Below, one piece after another: positions 13,539 to 24,688 of a stretch of 64,000 nt of DNA. This DNA comes from Scyliorhinus canicula. Its lineage: Eukaryota. Every line of letters starts with the position of its first letter. The first letter of the stretch is position 1. The position numbers were made by a program, and so were the translations under genes. The notes beneath the pieces were generated by a model. That model searched no databases and was not told the DNA's origin. It worked only from the letters and a program-made list of their open reading frames with translations. Location of the stretch: contig NC_052161.1 in NCBI RefSeq assembly GCF_902713615.1, positions 42,545,908 to 42,609,907 on the forward strand, in the 5' to 3' direction.

Positions 13539-13789
13539 AGTTAGTCTGTTAATAAATAACTCTATTGTTAATCTCTTTGGTGGTCACCACTCCTTCCAGG
13601 CCACACATGCCTTTGGGCTTGTCCCAGCAGCTAGCCTAATGGGGAATGTGGAAACTGTGACAAGCAGCTCAAGTTTAAATACTTGTGCCCATCTCAGTTT
13701 AAGTGATTGCATATTGTTTCGGCCTTTATTAAGGCTCAAGGCTGATTTTAAGTCTTTGTCAACTTTTGTCAAGGTAGACATGTCAAACA

Positions 13790-14147
13790 GGGCAGCACAG
13801 TAGCATAGTGGTTAGCACAAATGCTTCACAGCTCCAGGGTCCCAGGTTCGAATCCCGGCTTGGGTCACTGTCTGTGTGGAGTCTGCACGTTCTCCCCGTT
13901 TGTGCGTGGGTTTCCTCCGGGTGCTCCGGTTTCCTCCCACAGTCCAAAAATGTGCAGGTTAGGTGGATTGGCCATGCTAAATTGCCCTTAGGGTCCAAAT
14001 TGCCCTTAGTGTTAGGTGGGGTTACTGGGTTATGGGGATAGGGTGGAGGTATGGGCTTGGGTAGGGTGCTCTTTCCAAGAGCCGGTGCAGACTCGATGGG
14101 CCGAATGGCCTCCTTCTGCACTGCAAATTCTATGAAATCTATATGAA
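13790..14147 (+). mobile_element. tRNA-derived V-SINE (HE1-like), full length with CR1-type tail
   Basis: A box (AGTGGTTAGCA), B box (GGTTCGAATCC), V-domain TGCGTGGGTTTCCTCCGGGTGCTCCGGTTTCCTCCCACAGTCCAAA, tail GGGCCGAATGGCCTCCTTCTGCACTG..TTCTATG. Confidence 0.9.
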
Positions 14148-16087
14148 AGTAAACTCAATATGGTGGTAGGAGACAGAGTTTACAGACGAGTAAAGGAGGG
14201 GCACAATGCCTGTTTGATGGGTGGTAAAATAGATGTGCCACTACATGCGGTCAGTATAAGGACAGTTGCATAATTTGGGGCTCCAGGGCATTCTCCCAAG
14301 TGCACAGTTGTATACATTGCCTGTCAGGGAGTGACAACCAATTTCAATGGTCTGTAGAGCTATCTACAATGCTCTACACTTTTGAGAATCCTGCCAGAGC
14401 AAAGCTCTGTCCTCTGTTCACCTAATGTCTCGATTCCACTGGGATAATTATTAATATGCTGCTCCTTTCAAACAAGGCCTCTAATTCTTGCTCGATGCAT
14501 TCATGGAAGATTGACTGTGATTTGACATACGACACCTGTGGTGACGTAAAAATTTAATGCAGTAATGATTCCTATGAAACAAGCCTTCACTGTGTGACAT
14601 GTCATCTGCAGGTTACCCTCCAGGAGGTGACATAACTACATGGCAGCCTTCTTTGTGAAGTAGAAACACTGAGAACAGGTCTTTTTGATATACACAGAAG
14701 TACGTTCTGTCCCAGTAAATGCAGATCTGGGGTCAAAACCTAGTGAATCTCTCACAGATGAAAAATGGTTGTGGATGTTTTTTTTGTGTGCCCACTGGGC
14801 CTTCACTCCCCAAATCTAGACGCACTTATTGAGACCCTGTCCACTTTGGATAATGCAAGCTGTCGATGTCAGAATTGGCAATGAAAATCTTGCAATGCAA
14901 AAATGATGTTGATCTAAAGAGCAACAAATGTTAGTGCACTAATGACAACGAGGCAAGTAAAGAAATGTAGTAAGCAAAGAAATGTTGTGGGTTGTGAGTT
15001 CAATTTTCACAACCAGTCTTTGGGCATAGTAAACACTATATCAAAACAGAGCAACAATGACTTTTTAACACGTCGCTATTCAGTTCAGTGTGAAAAAGCT
15101 ACATGATGGACTGAAGTGGAGCAGTGGTCTTTTGTGAGGGAAAAATTGATTCTCTCACAAGATTTAATATTGTTACCCTCAATGATGCAGCATGCTAGTG
15201 TTTCAATGCGGTGCACCATACACTGGTAATTCCCCATAAGCCAAATTCTCTGTCTCAGTTGTGCTGTTAGTTGGAGCTGCTAAGTGGAGGCTACAAGCTT
15301 CCCACAGGGAAGGAGGGAAAATCAATGGGGGAGTCACCTGGGGCCACTCTCGTTCACTTCCTAATGAGCAGTTTGAAAGTCGTATTGTCAGAGGCCTGGG
15401 AGCAGGTCACTTGACCATCCATATATTAGGGGAATGTTACATGCTGCTTGTGTACAACAAAGGAGGAAGGAATATTTGGCTATTTCTTCACTAAAATAGG
15501 TTTTAGATCTTAGCTTTCTGATCTGACCCAGCTGATACATGTGCACCAACAGAATTTAAACACAAGGATGAGAGGTGGTGGAGTGCCCACTCTGGACACA
15601 ATCAACAATGTGGATGCAAATTGCAACCAAAATTGCTCTAGGCTTGAGAAGGTATTTTTTTTTACCGTTTCATGTTTCTGCTCAAAGCTATTTGCATATC
15701 ACTGAATGCAGGATCTGCCATGAACTAGCACAATTTGGTACAGCTTGAGGATGAAATAGGATCATTCTTTTGTTTTCAAAAATATCTGTTTGCCTGCTCA
15801 AGAGTGGTAAATTGGTGCAGTTTGATTAATATACCTGAACATGTCTTTACCACAAAAATGTAAACGTTTTAATTGCAGTGTGTAGTTCACCATTTGCGAG
15901 TAACCCAATTTCAAACAACTAAAAATGACTAAAGCAAACTTATACAGAACCATTTTCCATGATTTTGCCTATCTTGAGAAACTGAGTAAATTATCATCCA
16001 TGATCTTATTGAATGGCAGACACGGCTCATGGGGCCAAATGGCCTACTCCTGCTCCTTACTCTTATGTTCTTCTCTAAAATATATAC

Positions 16088-16400
16088 ATTTTATTCTTTC
16101 ATGGGATGTAGGTATCACTGGCAAGGTTACCATTTGCTGTCTATCCCTTGAGAAGGTGATGGTGAACTGCCTTCTTGAATAGTTGCAGTCTACCTGGTTC
16201 GACTTTTCTGGGGCACTTTGGTAGAACTCAATGAACTGTTAGGTCATTTCGGAGGCAGCAAAGAGTCAACGACATCACTGTAGATCTGGAGTCACATGTA
16301 GGCCAGACCAGGTAAGAATGGCAGATTTCCTTCCCTGAAGGTCATTAGTTAACCAGATGTTTTTTTTGCCAAAATCAACAACAGATTTATAGTCACTACT
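16088..16400 (-). mobile_element. SINE/LINE remnant sharing the 3' tail of the adjacent LINE
   Basis: Reverse complement of 16090-16180 resembles the tail at 16870-16955. Confidence 0.55.
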
Positions 16401-16402
16401 GG

Positions 16403-16957
16403 AGGTCAATCATCTCAGTTCCAGGGCATCGCTGTCCACCCTCTACATGGCACAAGTCAGGAGTGTGATGGAATACTGTCCACCTGTCTGGATGAGTGCA
16501 GCTCCAATACACTCAAGAAGCTCGACACCATCCAGGACAAAGCAGCCTGCTTGATTGGCACCCCATCAACGATCATTCACTCCCTCCACCACCCACATAC
16601 CGGAGCATCAGTGTGTGCCATCTGCAAGATACACTGCAGGAACTCACCAAGACTCCTTAGACAGCACCTTCCAAACCCACCATCACTGCTGTCTAGAAGG
16701 ACAAGGGCAGCAGATACATGGGAACATTACTACATGGAAGTTCCACTCCAAGTCACTTACTGACCTGAAATATATCGCTGTTCCTTCACTGTCCATGGGT
16801 CAAAATCTGGAACTCCCTCCCTAACAGCGCTTCGGGTGTACAAACACCACATGGTCTGCATAGGTTCATGTCACCTTCTGAAAGGCAATTAGCGATGGGG
16901 AATAAATGCTGGCCTAGCCAGTGATGCTCACATCGCGTTTATAAATAAAAATAAAAA
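16403..16957 (+). mobile_element. CR1/L2-group LINE 3' fragment
   Basis: Encodes AQVRSVMEYCPPVWMSAAP..LKKLDTIQDKAACLIG; ends AATAAATGCTGGCCTAGCCAG..A-rich. Same family as 40878-42475. Confidence 0.75.
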
Positions 16958-17731
16958 TTTTACCGAGAGTAGATATATATAAAAACTTAACAGCTTTTAA
17001 AACATGCCTATTGATGTCCTTGTATCCAGAAGAACCTGCTTAATTTCTGAAATCTCTTCAAAGACTCACACACAATGCAATTAACCCAAACTCTCAATGG
17101 ACATGGCAAGATTACTGGGCAGGGCCTGCTTCTCACATGAGCAGAACTTTCCGACCATTGACACCAGTGGGATCTTCCGGTCCCATATAATGGTCACCCC
17201 TGCCGTGGGTTTTCTGGTAAACACTGTTGACAACAACTAGACCAGAAGATCCCGCCACTGGCCAATTGGCAGGTCGCATCCACCTCCATGAAACGCACGG
17301 TAGCTTGCGCCAAAAATCCTTTTAAAACTATCCCAAAATATTGTAGAGATTCAATTTGTGCTGAATACAATTTACGCTTAAAATTCCATTTTGTGCTGGT
17401 TTTGCCAATTGTGGAAATTTGCACCGAAACAAAAACTGTCCAACCAGACGGAAACTGGTATTTAATCTGCAGCAACATTTCGTCTGAATCTGTAAATGAG
17501 CAGAACTTTTGAGTAGATATTTGGTTTTATGTGAACATGACATTCAAACTGCTGGAGATAAATCATGCAAAAGTATTTTGCATGAGGAAGCAAGATAGAA
17601 TTGTGTGTGACAAACATAGACCAGAACAATCTATTTAAGCTTCATTCACACAGATGCCAAAAGTAACTGGATATCAGCTAATGTTACTTATGGGATCTCT
17701 TAAAAAGAATAACTGTTTATAATTGTTTGTA

Positions 17732-17960
17732 GGGCAGTACTGTGGCACAGTGGGTAGCACTGCATCCTCACGGCGCCGAGGTCCCAGGTTCGATCCCGGC
17801 TCTGTGTCACTGTCCGTGTGGAGTTTGCACATTCTCCCCGGGTTTACATAGGTTTCGCCCCCACAATCCAAAAGATGTGCAGGGTAGATGGATTGGCCTT
17901 GCTAAATTACCCCTTAATTGGAAAAATGAATTGGGCACTCTAAATTTAAAAAAAAATAAT
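17732..17960 (+). mobile_element. Short V-SINE (HE1-related) with A-rich end
   Basis: tRNA-like head with GGTTCGATCCC; flanked by ATAAT(T/C)GTTTGT direct repeat (TSD). Confidence 0.85.
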
Positions 17961-18039
17961 AATCGTTTGTGTTTCAAACAAATCTTCAACATTTCTGAAA
18001 CACTTCTAGGATAGTGTTGGAAGGTGTTGGTTACAGTTT

Positions 18040-18585
18040 GGTAGGACCACAAGACATAGGAGCAGAATTAGGCCATTTGGCCCATCGAGTCTGCTCCATC
18101 ATTCAGTCATGGCTGATGTGTTTCTCATCCCCATTCCCCTGCCTCCTCCCCATAAGCCCAGATCCCCTTATTGATGAAGAACCTATCTATCTCTGCTTGA
18201 AAGGCACTCAGTGATTCACCCTCCACAGCCTTCTGTGGCAAAGAGTTCCACAGACTCACCATCCTCTGGCTGAAGAAATTCCTCCTTATCTCAGTTTTAA
18301 AGGATTATCCCTTCAATCTGAGGCTGTGCCCTCGGGTTCTAGTTTTTCCTACTAGTGGAAACATCCTCTCCATTTCCACTCTATCTAGGCCTCTCAGTAA
18401 CCTGTAAGTTTCAATAAGATTCCCCCCGATCCTTCTAAACTCCAACGAGTACAGACCCAGAGTTCTTAACTGCTCCTCATAGGATAAGCTCTTCATTCCA
18501 GTGATCATTCTTCTGAACCTCCTCTGGACCCTTTTCAAGGTCAGCACAGCCTTCCTTAGATTATGGAGCCCAAAACTGCTCACAA
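18040..18585 (-). mobile_element. CR1 LINE 3' fragment
   Basis: ORF 18305-18610: RVQRRFRRMI..LSYEEQL..LGLYSLE..RTRGHSLRL. Confidence 0.9.
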
Positions 18586-19222
18586 TGAAGAAGTCTTCAT
18601 GGTCATACATTGATTAACTGGAAGTGATATTGACCCTTAGAACTATTTACAAATATATAGTAAAGGGTACAAGCTAGGAGCTGCCTCCATGCGTGCTAGT
18701 ACACACGGCTCATTCAAACACTCAGCTGACCCTGAGTGCGAATCATGTTCTCTCTTACATCACTGTATGGGTGGTGCTGTACACAGTTCCACATTAACCC
18801 TACATTTGCTAGACACTTACACTACAGGTATATGGATACAAACTAGACATATTCCAATAAGAAAAAAAGGGACAACAAAGTGCCTTGGATGAGTTGGAAA
18901 ATTCAAATTAAAATGAAATTTTTAAGAAGAGCCAGAAGACATATCTGAAAGGAATGGGAAAGAAATACAGCTGTGCAGTGCCAGTTTCAGTTTCTAAATG
19001 ATCTCCTAACTCTCCAATATGGAGGTTGGCAGTCCATGCTCATTACAACCCAGAAATATGCCACCTGCCAAATTGACGAAGGGCAAAAAAGATCAGAGTG
19101 CTCTGCCCATGTCAGAAATAGACATTAAGTCCTTTAAGAACTAGAATTTGGCCTTTACTATATGGCAGGCAATGGACTTCCGGCTTCTGATCAGCAGATG
19201 CTTTTCCCACCACAATGGACAG

Positions 19223-19872
19223 TAAGAATGCGTTTGCATGGTCTCGCCAATGTACCACGCTTTGGGACATCCTTTCCTGCAGCGTATGAGGTAGACAATG
19301 GCGAGACCATATAGATGCTGCGACAATGAATGAACGGACATCGCGCGACAATCACCAGGCAGGAATGTTCCCTTCCAGTCGGGGAACACTTGAGCAGTCA
19401 AGGGCATTCAGCCTCTGATCTCCGGGTAAACGTTCTCCAAGGCGACCTTCAGGACGCGCGACAACACAGAATCGCTGAGCAGAAACTTATAGCCAAGTTC
19501 CGCACACATGAGTACGGCTTCAACCGGGACCTGGGATTCATGTCGCATTACATTCATCCCCCACCATCTGGCTTGGGCTTGCAAAGTCCTACCAACTGTC
19601 CTAGCTTGAGACAATTCACACCTCTTTAACCTGGGGTTACCCCTATCTCTGGATCTGTAAAGATTCAATTACCTGCAAATGCTCACATTCTAAGCATTGT
19701 CTGGCATCTTTGAATTTGTCTGTACATATGTTTCTGGAACATACCTCTTCATTCACCTGAGGAAGGAGCAGTGCTCCGAAAGCTAGTGTTTGAAACAAAC
19801 ATGTTGGACTTTAACCTGGTGTTGTAAGACTTCTTACTGTGCTCACCCCAGTCCAACGCCGGCATTTCCACA
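19223..19872 (+). mobile_element. Penelope-like element 3' fragment (GIY-YIG C-terminus + pLTR), with inverted 5' piece
   Basis: ORF 19330-19629 MNGHR..PVGEH..GHS..EQKLIAKFRTHEYGFNRDLGF; minus strand 19223-19300 encodes VYLIRC..WYIGET. Confidence 0.9.
19754..19788 (+). ncRNA. Minimal type I hammerhead ribozyme motif in Penelope pLTR
   Basis: CAC-CTGAGGA-A-GGAGC(AGT)GCTCC-GAAA-GCTA-GTG: CUGANGA and GAAA boxes, stem II, stem I CAC/GTG, palindromic AGCT stem III. Confidence 0.75.
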
Positions 19873-22169
19873 TTAACACCACAATGGATACATAGGAGTC
19901 TCGTTAGCAGCTGATAAATAGGCCCAATTTCTGGGACAATGTGTCTTGTGTCCATTTCTATTGATACTTCAGAAAACATTTTTGTCTGAATGCTTAATGT
20001 TCTTGACATGGCTGAGAGAACTGTATGGGAAGAATTGCTGAGCCCAACAGTGTAAGGGAGCTGAATTAATATCAGTAGATACACTCATTAACTCGGGGTG
20101 CTTCAGAGGTCTTGTCATTGCAGCTATGCATGTTAATTTAATTCCTTTACCCATCAGCCTCAATAAGTTCTCTGCCAATTTTCGCATTGATATAATTTTA
20201 TTAAATTCCGTTGCAAAGTGCCTCCTTTTTCCATATGAATTGTTTTCCAAGAGCAGCCATGGAGTAGACAGATAATGCCATTTGGATAGAAATGTCTTTG
20301 GGATGTCTTCTTTCCAAATAAGAATGTTTTTAAATATTAATTTTCCGTACAAAAAGAACAGAGTAGAAATAGGGGTTTGTTTTTTTTTCGTTTAATGAAT
20401 TCAGAACTCGAAGCAAACATTTGAAATATTGCAGATAATATTTTCATTTGAGTGTGGGCGAATTTGATAGCCATTTTGTCTGTAAAATATAGATTAAATA
20501 TCTATTTAGACGGTAATTTATTAATTCTTCACTCACCATTTAATGAATGCATTTTCTGCTTGGGTAGTTTGGCTCGTCAATTTGTCTACGTCTGAGGGTA
20601 TATTTTGTATGCGTGTCTGTTGTATATAGTGTAATGCTCAGGGCATTTTGCATAGTTTTTGTTTTAATGTTATTGACCAGGGTAATTTTCTTGGAAGAAC
20701 AAAAGCAAGGGATTATCTAAGATAACAAAAAATAGAGAAGAAACAATAAAAATGGGAAATGCTTGGTAACAATAAAAAAGGCTGCTTATTTCCTGGGAGA
20801 AATTTAGACAGTAATTCCCAATCCTTGCAGGATAACAAATATAGAGATTCCCAAGTATAACATAAGCAGCAAGGGAATAACAAAAACAGTTTATGTGAGT
20901 GGAATAATGCAAACAATGCACTTCTTGAATTCCACAGATGAAGTGCACACTATTTTCTCATGGCCCCTGTCCATTACAATATCAGTAAAACATTCTCTCT
21001 AAGGGTGTGTTTTGACAAACAAAAATAAACTGCAGGCATATAGTCAATATTCCAATCAATTAAACATTGTAAGATTAATAAGAATCTTTCACTTGGTAAA
21101 ATTGCTGTTAGTAATTCGGTTTGTTGATCTGTTTAAAACAATCTCATGCACACTTATGCGACAGGCCCACAACACAATAACACCTGCCTCTTTGTGTGCT
21201 GTATCCAGCAGAGAGACTAAAGATTCAAATGGAGCCTGAAAGAACGCAGTGTGGATTGCCCCAAGGTGCTGGCCCTGCTACATTAGTGAAAACTCATTTA
21301 TTGCTAATTCAAATGAACTTTTATTCACCCTAGGTTTTCAAATTGGTGAACTGAATGAAGAAAAAAATCATCTAGCCACCAAGCCAGCACTGCGTTGATG
21401 GTTAATTATGTCTCTGCTCTGAAAATGATCTGCATATATCTATATTTAAATGACATGGGGCTATCACCTCAAGACAATCCCCTCCAGAGCAGCCGTTCAA
21501 ATGCAACATTTTAATTTCTAATTCCTGAATTGATTGAATGTGGGAGTTAGAAGTCTTGGATAAACATAAAGTTGGAAATTCAGATTCAGATCCGGAGTCA
21601 AATTTGACTATTGGCAGAGCACTTGTTCTGAATGGGGCTGATGGTACTAAAACAGTGACCTTGAATCTTTCTTTATTCTCAGCTGTCAATGCAGTTGCAT
21701 TTCACAGTGGCACGGAAACCAAAGAAGAAACATCAACTCGTATCACACACTGGTGTCTAACTTACACTCAGAGTGTGGTTAATCTTAGCATGATTAAATT
21801 CAACCTGCAATTCAAGTAGCAACTTTGTGATGTTCTGCTGCATTTTAACCACAGTACAAAAGTGTCAATATTATCAAATTTTCACAGTAGGGCAGCTCTG
21901 GGGGGAACAGGGCATGATTAGAAGCAAAGTGAAGTTAAGCTAGATAATGTCTGTGTAGTCATTACAACTTTTATAATTGCTGCATCCAAGGTATGAATTT
22001 AAATGATCTACACTGGGCCAGAATTTCAATATTCAGACCATTCTGATCGTGATTTTTTTTTTCAGGAAACGGCACTGGATACACGCAAAGTGAATTTACC
22101 TTCACTCTCTGAATTGTCCAATGCTCTTGTATAACTCATGAGGTAGAAACAAGTCTGTAAAAAAATAAG

Positions 22170-23043
22170 GGGCAGGATTCTCCATTTCTGAGACTAAGTG
22201 TTGATGCCGACACAGATTTCGTGGCCTTTCACGACAGCAAAACTGGCGCCGAACCTGGATCGATTCAGCAACTGTGGAGGAGCTAGCATGGCGCCATGTG
22301 GAACACAACCGATTCCAATGAAAAACAGTACGGGATTCACTGGGTCCGTGATTGACGTTTGGGAGGCTGAAAAACTGAAACCGCATATGCACATTACAAT
22401 CCCCACACACACTCATCCCAGCCAACAAGATGGCACTGGTTATACTGGAGTCACCTATACAGCTGATGGGGTCGGCCGGGACCTGAGGGCACCAAGGGGG
22501 TGTGGCCTGGGGGGACACCTATACGACACATGTTCACAGAGGGCTGTTTGTGGCGTGTGCAGCTGCCTGGCTGTTTGACGGCGGTGGCAATGGTATGCTG
22601 TGCCCGTTCGTCCCGACCCCACAGCCCACCTCCTGGCCACCCCCCGCTACTCCCCCTGTCCCGGGCAGAAGGCCCCGCCCAGCAGCACAACTCTCAGCAA
22701 ACTATGATGATGTTGGACTCTTTTTGTACTCCCCCTCTCCCTCTGAAGCCATGACAAAGCTTTCACGATTTTTAAGAGCACAAGTGAACCGTGCAGTGGG
22801 GAACTCTTCCCATTGTAGGAGGAGCATCGCAGAGGGCCCGGAGAATACGGGGTTGGGCCCGCTAATGACATGCAAATGGTGCTTACTGTACGTGCATTCC
22901 GGGACCTTATTGACGCTGCTGTTGAGGTGACGGAGAATAGTGATTTGGCATCAAATGGGCCCGGCCATGGTTTTAACATCGGAACCTTTTCTCCGGACAT
23001 CGCGTTTCGCAATTTCGGCATCAGCTAACAGAGAATCCCATCC
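22170..23043 (+). mobile_element. Harbinger MITE family C
   Basis: TIR GGGCAGGATTCTC/GAGAATCCCATCC; left 270 bp homologous to the sequence upstream of the Myb remnant at 35550-35820. Confidence 0.8.
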
Positions 23044-23044
23044 A

Positions 23045-23390
23045 AAGACTTGCATTTATGTCGCACCTTTCACCACCAGAGCACATCTCGAAGCATATGC
23101 AGCTAATGAAAGACTTTTGAAGTGCAGTTGCTGTTATAATACAAGAAGCACAGCCACCAATTGGCTGACAACCAGATCTCATAAAAAGCAGGATGAGTGT
23201 GAATAAATAGGAACAAAGGAAATAATTTGTGTGTGGAAGGTTCAATGAGGGATAAGTTTTGGCCAGGATCAGGGATAACTCCGCTGTTTTTCTTCAAAAC
23301 AATTTCATGGGATCTTTACATCCACTTGAGTGTGCAGGAAGTTTAATGTTCTTATCTAAAAGACACCTTCAGTACTGCAGTGGCTCATCA
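23045..23390 (-). mobile_element. DeuSINE (SacSINE1/AmnSINE-like) remnant
   Basis: Minus strand TTGAAGAAAAACAGCGGAGTTATCCCTGATCCTGGCCAAAACTTATCCCTCA resembles the Deu core as I recall it; L2-like tail ..ATAAATGCAAGTCTT. Confidence 0.65.
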
Positions 23391-24016
23391 GATTTGATTT
23401 TTTTGCTGAAGCCGGTCATGAACTCGACATAAGGGCCGAAAACAAGAAGCCTGGGGATCAAGATACACTGGTCTGTAGGACACATCTGTTTACCAGGGAA
23501 AACATACAGTGATGATTACTTCCCCACAGGCAGCTGGATCTATGGGAAAACTCATATTTGATTTGCCTGCATGTCTCAACAGAAGTGACCCTCAGCTGAA
23601 TCTCAGGTATGCAATTGAAGCAGGGGTTAGGAGAGTTAGTTTCATGAGTTCCTAATGGAGGGCTTCATCCTATCTGTTGACTAGCAGCAGCAGTCGGGTG
23701 CAGGCAGCCCACTAGAGCGGAGGCTCAGGTAAGTTTTAAAACTGCCTGGTTTCAAGTTCCTTAAATCAGCAGTGCACCCCCAGGCCTCACAGAGATGCAT
23801 TGAGCCTTCCCACACCTGATCGTGGCCCTGATCTCTGAAATGTTTCCACCGCCCTACCGATTAACATGAACCTTTAAAGCTCCCACTTCCTGATTGGGGT
23901 CCTGATCTGTGAAATGCTCACCAAACCCCTACCCCTACCCCGATCGCATTCACCTCCCACTGATGGTCCCAGAACATTCCCTTTGGTCTACAGCTATGGT
24001 CTCCTGTTGTTAATTC

Positions 24017-24688
24017 TGTCATGGGAGTGTCCCTTTAAGAAAGGATTTTGTCTTATCACATGGCTTCAGTGATGTCATTTTGTGGGTGGAGCTGGCTGTG
24101 GTGGCGAGGTTTGTTTTACTTTCGCATTCAGTTTTGACTACTGTGGACTACAGACAGAGAAAATAAATGTTTTGGCCTGTCTCTTTCTAATTTCATGTTA
24201 AAGAGTTGTTCCATTAAAAACAAACGGTGATTATAGCTACCTGCTTTGGTAACTTAAAAGATATAGTTTTCTTTCTGGAAGGGTTTAAACCTGCTGGTGA
24301 GACGGGGTCAGAATCTCAGGAAAAGCCAGTCTTATTCAAGTGAGAATGCAGTGCTGGGCCACACCCTTGAAAAAGGGGTTTGGTTTATGGGATTTTGTTT
24401 TTGAATTGGAGCAGTTAAGGGGGAATTCATTAAGTGTTATACGTGGATTACTGTAGCTGTGGGGTGTCTCCATGTTTTAAATTGATAAAAATTCTTGCTG
24501 TGTGTTTATATAAATGTTAATTCAGTTCTTAGAATAAAGCTAATTTTTATTAAAGAGTCTCGGAAAACTGTTGAATAACACCTGAAGGGAAGGCTTTTAT
24601 GCTCATCCTAGCCAAATTCAACATAAAGGTTGCAGGTCAGGTCGACTTCATAATATACTTTGCAGTTTCTAAGCCTTGGCCCATAACA
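24017..24688 (+). mobile_element. Solo LTR
   Basis: TGTCATGGG...CCCATAACA inverted termini; 4-bp TSD ATTC/GTTC (1 mismatch); AATAAA near 24533. Confidence 0.8.

Larger units (their letters stand above)
8072..13607 (+). mobile_element. Old degraded Gypsy (Mag-like) element: 5' LTR ~8072-8309, PBS-like TGGCGACAAGGAT at 8312, gag remnant ~8410-9280, 3' LTR ~12563-12720 + 13539-13607; pol replaced by CR1
   Basis: The two LTR copies align by eye (AAGGGGTGT..CCAATTGGG..GAATCCTGGGGCT..ATAAATAA..CCACTCCTTCCA). Gag remnant reads EDWVQYIE..VIMQRCQFNS..RLRQTAQHCEFG..EMLRE..CGV. Confidence 0.75.

Noticed and set aside
13790-13865. tRNA-like sequences at SINE heads
   Set aside because: They continue into the V-domain and LINE tail, so they are SINE promoters rather than tRNA genes.
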